A stretch of 60,273 bases of DNA from Raillietiella orientalis (taxonomy: Eukaryota): positions 124,001 to 184,273 of the forward strand of contig JAYWIR010000102.1 in assembly GCA_036172245.1 (NCBI GenBank). Direction: 5' to 3'. The position numbers and the translations under genes are program-made. Positions 1 to 11,055 of the stretch are shown piece by piece. The notes below the pieces were generated by a model. It had not been told where the DNA came from and did not search any database. It was given only the letters and a program-made list of their open reading frames with translations. Positions within the stretch are counted from its first letter, which is position 1. Each line of letters opens with the position of its first letter.

Positions 1-150
1 TCTCCCACAATATCTCCCACTCTTTATCAGCAACCCAACGCGTGGCAATCGGATTCCTCCTGGCAAGAACGGTCGCCACCCCCATGAAAGTCTCGCCGTG
101 CTCGGTTGCGAGCAAATCGATCATTTCGAAACGCCTTATTCCGACTGCGT
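1..150 (+). mobile_element. Possible LINE APE endonuclease C-terminal remnant
   Basis: NPTRGNRI...QIDHF resembles the PTR...SDH motifs; heavily degenerate. Confidence 0.3.
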
Positions 151-2241
151 GCTTCTCAGACACCGACGCACTCCTCCAAATGCGGTGGAAGACGATAACC
201 GACCGCATGAAATAAGGGGATGAAAAAAAACCGAGATGGACCCCAGGCATTTGAACGAATCAACTTACAGAAGTGGGGGACGGCGGGGGGAAAGCTGCTG
301 AAAGGGCATAACGGCACTGTGGCAGAAGGGAAAGGGGGCTCGTTCGAGGCTGAAAAGATGCACTTTTTTGACTGCACCTAGCTTCTAAAAGATCATCACA
401 TTAGTGCGTGTACACCGAGCGGAAAGAAGGACAACGCTTAAAAAGTTGCCCATCCAGAAGGAACCTTAGCAGTCACAGTACTTTTAGCTTGCAGGCTCGC
501 AAAAGGGGTTCTCGGCTCCGTGGACGAATGTGCCCCTTGCCTTCACTAGCTTCCTCTGAGGCGAAGGATGGCAATAAGACGCGTGCATGCTGCAATGCAG
601 AAAAGCTCTTGGCACCACTGAATGCAAAAAATGTGCAGTCGCGATGCTTGAAAGCGCCGCCGTTCGAAGCTCATGGAGCAGCTCATGCAGCTGTCAATCA
701 ATACACGCTCACGGTGCACGGCTCATTCTTGCAAATGATGTAATCCAATGGCACACAGAGCTCGTTGTTTTTGTGGGCACCAATGGGGAGAGAGAAAAAA
801 AAAAAAAATGAAACTTCCGCTTTACAGAAGTTGAAGAGCGCTGCTACCGATACCATCTCAGAGAGACACACTGCCAAAGATGTAATCAGCATTGCAAGAG
901 CACGAAGACATGTGCCTATCAAGGAAAGCAAATGCGGGCACTGTGGAACATGGTAACTGTGAAACTCGGATGGCTAAACCCAACTCACTACCATGATCTC
1001 CAGTTTGTCAATCATCCACAGGAACACAAAGCTGAACAGGAAAGAAAGACCGAGTCTCCATTCAAGTACTCTCATACCGTTACTTCACTCTGCCCAGTAT
1101 GAACCAATGATGGAAACTGCTGCTAGTGTTCCCCCCAGATGCCACATATGGCTGTAGGTGTCATTGTAGGGGGGGTTTGGGCACCTGATGGGAGCAAAGC
1201 ATGCTTCCCTGAACATGTACACAGTATCTGGCAAACATCTGCATCAATTCACGGAAATTTTGATATTCCCCATTGCCAAAGATTCAACAAATCCCATGTT
1301 TTTGGTTGAGAATTACTTTCTGTGATCCAACTAAATTTCTCATAGTGGATCAGAATTTGACTTTATGGTTTACACAGGGCGAGCCTTTTTGGTAACGGTG
1401 CAGAAATCCGAATATGACGAACAACATTTCCCCATAAATCTCCACCATGTGGAACCCTTTGCCTCCAAATTACAATTTTTTTTTCCTACTGTTTTTGAAA
1501 TTGCCTTAAACTAACTTGATGAGCCTGAGGATTCATATTACAAAAAATCGCCTGTGCAAGACAACGAAACAGAAGATATTTTCAAATCTGCAGCATGCAT
1601 TCAAAACAGCAAATGCATGACATGAACCCTCTGAAAAGCAATATACATCAACATGCACATCTATTCTGAATCAAGCTGACACCATTCATCCCGAGTTTAC
1701 TTTGATCGTGAGATTTCTGGGTACGGAAAAATGCAAAATAAATTTGTTAGTTTTAATGCTTGTGCTTTAATGTAGAGTTACTTTACACTGATAAAAAACT
1801 TACTCTCTGAAATCCCTTTGACAACATTAAATCTCTCTCACAGTTTGATGATTTATTTGAGTAAAACACTTCAAACACACCAATGCTGGTACAAACGCCA
1901 TCTTCTTATCACATTCACATAGATATAACAAACCAATGCAAAATCTGAAAAATGCAAAACAGAAGCAACCACACAGAGACACTGCTTGATTGCATTGTAC
2001 TATATTCATATGTGAATTTGCAAACACACATATATGTATAATAGATATATAGAGCACAAATATTATGTATTCAACTACATTTCCCATGAAAACGTGTGTT
2101 GATTTTATAAAAAAATATGGCACCATATAGATTTAGCTCTCTGAGATTTCTCTTAAATGATGTTAGTACCATAATCCAAAGCTCTCCATCCTCAAATCAG
2201 CTTGAAGATCAGGCTCATGAGAAAACGGAGGTGACTTAGCA

Positions 2242-3601
2242 TCAGTCTGTCTTGGAAACTCTTGGAGTCCTCATGTGGTGGCGCACAAGTCCATTCTGCA
2301 GCTGATCACAGCTTGTGTGGCTATTTCACATTGAAAATAACAACAGATCACCTTATGTTCTTCACGCACCTGGTGAAACTTTCTTTCCTATTTTCTTCTT
2401 CGCGAATGTCTGCCATTTCCTTCATGGTTCCCAGAATTCTCCGATATGCAAAGAGTAAGATGAACTAAGGATCAGGCTGACATGCTGCAGATGCGGCAGT
2501 ACGCACCGAGAACCAGTACAGGTTCAGCAGCAGCAGGACCCACAGCAATGCAACCAAGGAAGGCAAAAGGCAGTACTCAGGAAAAAGATGGAGACTGATG
2601 GCAGCCAGGTGCAGCACTTTTAGAGGGAACCAATACAAACGGAATGTGTACCTAGAGTCCCAGAGAGGATGGGACAGCAAAAGAGGCTTCACTGACCAGC
2701 AAACAGTTAATAAAATGAATCCCACAGTAGACAGGGCATCATGCACTTGAGATCTCAGCTTACCAGCACCTTGTCGCAAATATAAATTGATTTTGGTAAA
2801 TTCCAGAAATACATCAGTGATGTCATGCAAGAAAATAACTACCAGACCCCAGTTGTGGTACCTGTCATATGTAAATGGAAGAAACTTTGTTTATGTTTTC
2901 CTACCGGCTAGCATAAGAAAAACCAATCAGGATTAATGTAACGAAATGATGCCATAGCATGACAGTGGAGTCACGACGCTGGTAATCCAATGCAAGAGTA
3001 GCGTACACAGAATGCAAATAAAAACTTAGTTCAGCCATGTAGAGCCAATAAATATCATTTGCCACAGGCTGCATTGGACTCCATCCTAAGTTGCATTTAT
3101 AGATCATCCAGATGTTTCAATTTACCTTCCCAAATAGTAGAAGGCTTGAAAAAAAAATTGTAATGCTCTTTTGTCAGCAAAAGCCTGGCACAATGCATCC
3201 ACGAACATGTGTAGAAAAGATATTTCCAGCAAGATTCCGCAAATCTAGACCGAGAAGACTCTGGAACTTGGTAACGCCTGGCTAAAGGCTGCAAGCAGCA
3301 AGGTATTGTGAGTTCTGAAATTCAATGTTTTAATCCCATTACGAACCTTGAAAATATAAAGAGACATTGCAATCCTGAAAAAGCTCCATAGAACTGCGCC
3401 GAAGATGAACGTACAGAAGTCAAACGTCGTAAAATTCAAGTTCTCCAGTCCCTCGGGGAAAAAGTACTCATACTGCCTATCTTCTTTTGACAACTTGATA
3501 AAATATGCATACTGTTTTTTAAACCCAAACACAGTTTCTTTTACTAACTCCACGTATGACGGGATAACATCTGCATATGTCACATTCAAGGCATCAGCCA
3601 T
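2242..3601 (-). CDS. CERS1: Ceramide synthase (TLC/Lag1p family), CerS1/LAGR-1-like, no homeobox-like domain; 7 exons: 3601-3347, 3288-3126, 3085-2905, 2861-2697, 2651-2507, 2464-2370, 2320-2242
   Basis: The spliced product has FAESCWKYLFY, the Lag1p motif RRDSTVMLWHHFVTLILIGFSY...GLVVIFLHDITDVFLEFTK, and FRLYWFPLKVL. All six introns are GT-AG and phase-consistent (58, 40, 43, 45, 42, 49 nt). The last exon is less certain; an alternative stop lies at 2348. Confidence 0.93.
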
Positions 3602-3949
3602 CTTGCAAAATTCAGAACATTACAAATTTGAATATGCACAGTACATCAAACAATTGTATTCATGCTTATTGTATTTAGTGATTAACAAGAATACATTTCA
3701 CATATCCCGTGTTGCAAATAAGAAGTCAAAAGTACACGGCAAGCACCGTCGTTTCACATAGAAACACGGCTCCGTACGTGAGCCGTTTCCCACATTCTGT
3801 TAGCGATTACTTTACTCATCTGCAGTTCTTACATGAATAATTAGGAAAGCCGCCACTGCCTGGAATTATTTATATGAGCACACGTTCAATGCACACACGT
3901 AAATGAACTGCGCAGGTCGCTGGCAAAGGCAGCTGCACCGCCGTGCACC

Positions 3950-4248
3950 AAACACCAACCCTCTGCCACTTCACACACGCGCGCGAGTGAAATGCAGCCC
4001 GGCATCGCCTATCGGTGTGTGTGTGTGTTCCTTCCTCCTCCTCCCCCCTCCCTCCCCTTTCTCTCCCCCTTCCCTCCCCCCTTCCTCTCGCGCGAAGCAG
4101 ACCGCGCGGAGGCCCCGCGTTCAAACCGACCAATAGGCGCGCAGCCGGGGAGTGAACAAGAAAGGTCGTGACCCAGTAACCGTTCCAGGGAAAGCTTCCA
4201 GCGGAAACCGAAGTCAAAGCGAGCGTGCGGCATCATCGTCATCGTCAT

Positions 4249-4279
<31 letters not shown>

Positions 4280-4450
4280 AGAGCAGCAGCATGCTTGCAA
4301 AGGCATCGGTGTTGTTGCGCACAACACCGGCGGTTCAGCCGGGGGTGGCGCCCTCCCGTCTGTCGGAGGGGCGCGCCCGCGCTTTCCTCCCCCCTTCCGC
4401 GGAGCAGCCCGGACCGATCTTGCCATGAATCCTGCGCTGGGATTCCATCG
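3950..4450. promoter_or_regulatory. CpG/GC-rich promoter-like island upstream of the ceramide synthase, with CCAAT at 4130-4134 and a polypyrimidine/(GT)n tract
   Basis: Sharp switch from the CpG-poor gene body to CpG-rich DNA 350-850 bp upstream of the ATG. Confidence 0.45.
4231..4289. repeat. Compound microsatellite (CAT/CGT)n-(CAG)n
   Basis: Directly visible; explains the poly-S/H/D/M/Q runs in the ORF track. Confidence 0.95.
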
Positions 4451-5899
4451 GCGCAGCATCCGTCGCATCAGAACATACAGACATACACGATGTACGTTAT
4501 AAATGATTGCGTGGTGGGTCATGTGAGCGACACGTCGGTCAGCGCAGCCTCCGGAAGCGATCATCGTTCCTTCCACAGGGACGTCCTATCGTCAGTCTCG
4601 TGACCCACTCACCCCCATGTCATTGTCATCGTTCAGTGGAACCCCAGCAGCAAACGGCTGGAATGAGACGAAATTCTTCAGCGTTTCCACGCTTTCTTCT
4701 CCCCCGCTGCACGACCGTGTGAAACGTCTACGTGGTCGCGCTTCCCGTAAGGAAACGCCCCTCTGCTCCCACTTCCTCCCTAACCTAACCTCCCCGATTC
4801 GGGACGGGGAAACGGGACCGTCCCCACGCATCCCCACGTTCGCCGCCTTTCTCGAATCGCACGTTTCGGGCTGACCGGCGGGGCGGACGGAACAAAAGAG
4901 TATTCTATTAGAGGATCCACGCGAGCCCTTTCGCCTGTGCAGAGGGAACGCCATCGAACAAGCGACGCCCTCCCCCGTGTGCAGCCCATCCATTTTCCCA
5001 CCTCGGTGTACTTCAGTGTGCCTCGAAGTCGACTCGCGCGGTGCAAACTCGGAGCATCTGCATGGGAGAAAAAGATCGTTGCCCGGTCGCTCGGTGTCCG
5101 GATGGGAGGAAAGCCCACTGCTCGAATCCCCCCTGAGGATCCAACGTGCCTTCTGCTTCAGCAGGAGGAAAGAAATTCCTGTGGACCGTTTCCCTCAAGA
5201 CAGATGTGCGATGGTAAAGTGAGCCGATGGCAACGAACGTGCAAATCTATCAATTGTCACGAATGCTCTCCACGTCATAACACGGGGACGAACGCTGCTC
5301 TGAACCAGAAGGAGGCAGAAAAAACAATCCGATAAATGGCTTTTCCCAACGCTCGACCCACGACTTCCCATGCCGTTCCATGCACACCTTTTGCACTATG
5401 AAACTCCATTTCAAAAGCAGTTTTCCTTGTTGCTTCAGGTTGAAAGTTCTTGCAGCTAATTTTTCCGACCTCTATCGAGTACCGACCTTCATCGGCTGCC
5501 GTTGGCAACGCTTCAGCCGGTCAGGGACTTCCCCAAAACAATGTATTCACCTTTGTGCAGAATACCACCGAACGACAGTTTGGTAGGTTGGGTTATATCG
5601 AGACGCAGTTTTTGCTTAAAGTTTCCCTCTCCTCGGCTCTGACTGCCATCAGAATGTGAGTATGGGAGAGGGCATGGCAGCTGAAATTCCCTTTTCCGTG
5701 AGCTCACACATCATTTTCCCGCAGAGCGCCTCCGATGTTCCGCATGGGTCACCGCTTCAGGCTTCGTGCAGGAGGAACCGACATCTGCCTGGAGAGGCGA
5801 CTTTGTTCTTAAGCACAATGTTCTTAATCTTCAAGACGATTTTCCTTTCAAATCAGTACTGCTGAATCTGTAACTTGTTCAGGATGCTCCAGAAACTTC

Positions 5900-6350
5900 C
5901 TTCAACTTTGCCCTTATGACGCGCTCTCTTTGGCCGATGGCTCCAAAGCCAGAAACTCCGGGTTGGATCACCTATCCCAAATCCTAGCCTCAGGAAAATG
6001 TCCGCGATACATCGGAATGTTAAATCGTACTATCAGTGGAGATCCAAAAGATGCGAACGTGATGATGAATGTTTTCGTAGAGTTCAGGGAGTAGGCTGGG
6101 CAATGAGGTCGTTCGCATCACCCCATTCGTAGGTTGCCTTTTCGCTGGGTTTTCGAAGGCCTTTCCAGAGATAAAGGCTTGCAGCATTCGAGACCGCGGA
6201 CGGAGATGGTCTTCCAGGATTTCGTAAATTGGCCACCAATTCATGGATACGTAGTTTGTGGAAGACCACTTACATCTCGAAGGGTCGGCTCGACAGACCT
6301 TTTTACCCACTCCAAAACCTGGAGTTCCATATCGCTGCAACATATGCTAG
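5900..6350 (+). mobile_element. Decayed LINE reverse transcriptase remnant
   Basis: CLFAGFSKAF (LDFSKAFD-like) followed by PGVPY (GVPQG-like) at plausible spacing, with multiple stops. Confidence 0.4.
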
Positions 6351-7599
6351 ACTTTCATGTTACAGCTGCTACTTCAGCAAAAAACAAAAGTGAATCAGTG
6401 AACAGCTTTCACCATCTCAGTTGTCGTAGGAAAAGGTAGAACTTTCTCCCATGAAACCTTCGTGACTTTGCTTCATAAATAATGTGTTGCGTTTAGTTGA
6501 CAAACGATGTATGATAAGCCACAGAATATCCCTAATAATCATCGATTTCTCAAATTTAGAATCAACTGATCTTGATCGCTGCTCTTTTCCAAAAAGCTTT
6601 TGTTTTTGCTTCCTATCAGCTCTTCGTTTACTCTTCCCGTATGCATGCATGTTGACCAACTGAGAGTCAACCGCGATGTCAAAGGTGATCCCTGATTCAT
6701 AGTAAACAGTTACGAATTGCACCGAAATGTATTCCCATCCTCACCGTCATTGGGTCCGCGTACCAAAAATATCGTACAACCAGTAAACGGACATGCGGAT
6801 GTGGCACTTTACACGTTATAAAAAAAAAAAAAATGCAGTATTTGTGCATTTCACACGGGACGGAAAGGAATTCTTGCTGGTAGCTGTCTCGGTCGATGAA
6901 AGGATGGGTCGTCTTGCGTGACTGAAGGCTGCGCTCTGAAACGATGCAGTGAAAGGTGATGCAGCAGCTGGGAAGTGCAGCGGCGGGTTTCTTGAAGACT
7001 GGATTTTGCCATTTTCATCCACAATCCAGGCATCATAATGTTGCATACTGTTTCGTATCTGACGGAGCATACGCCATAATGCTGACATGTCTACTCAAAT
7101 GATCAGCTGCCTTATAAGACCGGCTAAAGTTTTTTTTTTTTTTTTTGCATGAAGCGGTCTAGAGAAACACACTTCAGTTTTGGATTTTAATCAGGAAAAA
7201 GCAACGAACTGGAATAATGTGCGAGCTTGCACTTTTGAACCAAGAGAACTGAGTCCACAAGAACCAGAAAATAACTTATGGAAACGGTAGTGGAACCGCG
7301 TGAGGATATTTACTTCACTCTGAGGACCCGAGAGCTCCAGGATACGCCTCGAAGACTTGGAGGCTCCGTTGAGACTTGGCGTTGAGATCGCAACTTAGGC
7401 ATCCATCCTGACGTTGGAGAGAATGGGGCTGCAAGTGCAGCTCTGATCGCTGGCATTTTTGCCAAGCTGTGGACTTACCCGTCGAGTGATCCTGCATGCC
7501 TCATCCTTCGGAGATGCGCCAGCAGCGAAGGACTGCTCTCGTCGCTGCCGAGCACCCGTTACAGCATGCGAGATTCGGCCTTCCCCTGAGGCAGCTCGC

Positions 7600-8781
7600 T
7601 TCTCTGATGGAAGCCCAAGCCCAACTATGGATCTCCTGCCAACCAATCAACTTCTTCAATGACTGGTGGCAGGAGGCTGTTCAGTCTTAAGCTGCATTTC
7701 AGGGAATGCGCTCGGAGGAACTTTGTTTGCCCCCTGCGCCACTTCCCATCCCAACCATTAAAAGTGGTGATGCAGCACACGGCAAAGTGGATGACCGTGG
7801 CCGCCACACTTCTTGGAGCAGAGCTGTCTGCCCTCAGAGCAAGCGACGAGAGCTGCCAACCGACGGGGTGAGAGTTTTCCTGCACGTCAGAGTTGGTGGA
7901 TGCTGTCACTCCACGTACTGTGGCGATGAAACTCTTTCAGTGGAGTCAACTTCTGAGTGTAGCCCCCGAAGAACTCGTGGTCCCTGCCCAGTGTCTGGAC
8001 GCTTCTGTGTTCCCGCTTTCCTGAAAACGGACCGTGCTGCTCTTCCTTCCCTGAGGATTCCAGCGGCGGCACCGCGTATCCGCAAGGGTTGCATCCCCGA
8101 AATGTGCCAGGTGCGGGTCGGTGGGATTGCCATCGCAATGGCTGTTGGACTGTGGTGCCCTCCAGGAACCGTGGCGGAGGCTGGAATCGGTGCTCCTGCA
8201 CCAGGAGGACACCGCCTGCGACCTGCTGCGAGGGTACTTCGCTCCAGGAGGACTTTCGACGAGTGCGGTGATCACGACCATTGGCTGTATCCGTATCATC
8301 GTCACGGCCCTCCATGTGCTGGAGACTGGGACGCAGGGAAGGGAGGTCACCGGGATAGCCGACGCCTACACGAGGACGACCGCAAGGTGGTCTAGCCTGC
8401 AAGAAGCGAAGGAGGAGGTCGTCGGCATCCAGAGCCGGTTTGAAATGAAGGAAGGGCGGACGGCGGTGCACCTGAACTCCCCCAATTTTGTCTTTCTTTC
8501 TCATTCCCCATTCCCTTTCGCTCCGCAACTTTCCGGGTTTTTGTGTTGAATCCTGGTGTGTACGGAGCAAACCCGAAGACTCCTGCCTCAACCCACCGGA
8601 TTTGCTCATTTTTTTTGTAGGTCCCCTTTCCTAACTTTTCAATATCCCCACCAGCGTGTCGGTGGGTCTCCTCCTTGGCTTCTTTTGCCTTCGGTTGGGA
8701 AACAGCGTGTTCCCAATTAGTTTATTTTCATGAAATAAACGCCCTGGCGTGGCTGGGTGAAAAACTTCCAGTGTGGGCCAC
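7600..8781 (+). mobile_element. Decayed, internally deleted L1/Tx1-like copy D, closest to copy C
   Basis: SCQPINFFND resembles RPISLLN. SPKCARCG and WRRLESVLLH...PGGLS...IRII are homologous to 44650-45000. The terminal motif is at 8734-8781. Confidence 0.75.
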
Positions 8782-10443
8782 TGAAATACAATCAGAAGAT
8801 CCCGTTTATGCGAGTGCTGCATGAAGTGACGGAGCTTCTGGATGATTTAATAATGGAAACCAGTTGATGAAGGGATACACAGTGGACTGAAGACTATTCT
8901 CTAGTGCAATAAGACTAGGCCTATCAAGCCCCAGATTTGGATACTAAGCAGAAGGAAATTTGAACTGTTTTGAAACACTGCTAAAAATTTCGTATTTGTG
9001 AGTCACCTAAGATCTTCTACTCACTTTTGCAACACAAAGTTAACGGCTTGCCCTTTAATTGAAAAGTAATTTAATCTGAAACTGTAACAGACAACACAAC
9101 TGCTTTGGTTCAAAATCAAATGCAGTAATCCAAAATATTGAAAATGACTTGAAAATTCCATGGTTGGGAGAGTGTCTTTGGAAAAACTTGGGGTTAGGAG
9201 AAAATATACATCATGAAATCCTCATAAAACCCTTTTCTAGAAAGATACAAAGCGAGGTTTAAATCTGTTATTGGGTACTCCTTGACATATAAAACCCTAT
9301 CTAGCAAAGAAGACCAACACAAATTGTGACCCAAGAAAGTGTTAAAAAATAATTGCTAGAAGGCTAAACCCTAAATCATAACATAAGTGACTGCTCAACT
9401 GATACTTCTGTGTGTGTAACTCTGTATCTGACATACAGTTCTATGAATCTAAGTTCACAAACATACTTAACTCTTGTCATCATATCTTGTATACATGAGT
9501 TAGACAGGTGATGAATCTTGCAATTAATGATGGCTTAACAAATACAAGGCGATTTGCAGAATTATGGATATGATTTACCAGTCTGAATGAATGTTGTTGT
9601 ACTTTTCAAAGGAGGGATCCTTCACCTTTCAGTGATTGCTGTTACATTCAACAAACAGCACGTTCCCACTGCTTAGAGACGTTTTTCCATTGACATTTTT
9701 ACATGGAGACTGATGCAGAAATGAAATAAAAATGTTTCCGAAACCTCTTCATTAACTTGAAAATTTGGACAAATTGGTTTTATTAATATTCTGCAATAGG
9801 TTAGCATGTCTTGTCCATCTCATTCCATTTTCTTTCATTGTTTCTACTGAAGTGTTCTGTGCTAATCATTGAGAACTACTGGAAATACATGCAACATCTA
9901 ATACTCGGAGATCCATGCCTGAATCCATCAGCTAGTGGGTGGTATCATCTGCTTGTTCTTAAAACAAATAGTAGTAATGGTAAGGCCAAACCTGACAAAA
10001 CAGCTTCTACTTTCTGGCCATATCATTTGTATTTAATATATAATGTTAAGTAGATGTCTCACAATCTGTGCAACTGCAGCTTCATACATGTTTAGAATAT
10101 CTTTTAAGCCCTTGATTTCATAAGTCTTACAAATGTAATTTAATTTCATATTTAGATCACAGTTAAAGTTGAAGAGATTATCTTAATCATATGATGATAC
10201 AAACTCCATAATACACCTCTTAGTTCAACATAAAACTGATAAGAGTTGCATCAGACCCAAGGTTCTGAGGTTAGTGATTTGCTATCCACTGAATTACAGA
10301 TGCACATTAAATGAATACATTTTTTTTAGACAATGATTATCCTCATATTATTATTTAATATGATTACTCATATGAAAAGCTTTGTTTGTTTGATGACTAA
10401 TTGATTGATCTGCTCAAAATCACCCAGTATAGGAGCCCTTCCT

Positions 10444-11055
10444 CTAATAATAGTCAGGTGCAGGGGCACAAACTAGGCGAACAAAGTCCTCATACCATAC
10501 CTTTCCATTCAAGGTAAGATGTGCCTCACGAAACAACTGATTGACTAATGAAAGTAATGTTTGGCTATAAAGTATCTCAAGAAAAATTATGCTAACCTTC
10601 ATTACTTGATAGCTTTTCTCCCCAGTCTGACAAAATATGATGCAACTCTTGAACAGACACAAATCCAAGGTTTTTAGTATCACTTGCTCTGAATGCATTT
10701 AAAATTTCCTCCTGAACATTATTTTTTTCTGAATGCATGCTCATCACTCCAACAAAATCAGCAAAACTCAACTGACCTGCTAAACTGATCAGATATCTAT
10801 CCCATTTTGAATACTGCCTTACCTTTACGATTCACATAATGCTTCAGTTCATCTAATGTTGGACTCATGCCCACAGATCTCATGACTACACCGAGTTGTT
10901 CTGCTGACCTAATATATCCATCTGGAGCAGTAAGATGGAAGCAGTCACGGAACTCTAAAACATTTTGCATTCAAAGAAATCGTCCACTACACAAATGTAT
11001 CTTCAAAACATGCTAACAAATTACCATCTATGTCTTGGCCTTTGAAACTGCTAGC
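10444..11055 (-). CDS. CALML4: Calmodulin-like protein 4 (EF-hand); exons 11055-11025, 10954-10823, 10779-10597, 10544-10444; first exon/start codon not located
   Basis: The spliced product is ASSFKGQDIDEFRDCFHLTAPDGYIRSAEQLGVVMRSVGMSPTLDELKHY...LSFADFVGVM...AFRASD...LHHILSDWGEKLSSNEVNQLFREAHLTLNGKVWYEDFVRLVCAPAPDYY*. It is collinear with recalled arthropod CALML4 sequences ending CAPxPDYY. Introns are GT-AG, 70, 43 and 52 nt. The ORF track largely misses it. Confidence 0.92.

Noticed and set aside
3870..4722. Overlapping ORFs with poly-M/S/H/D runs
   Set aside because: Artefacts of the CAT/CAG microsatellite and the GC-rich promoter.
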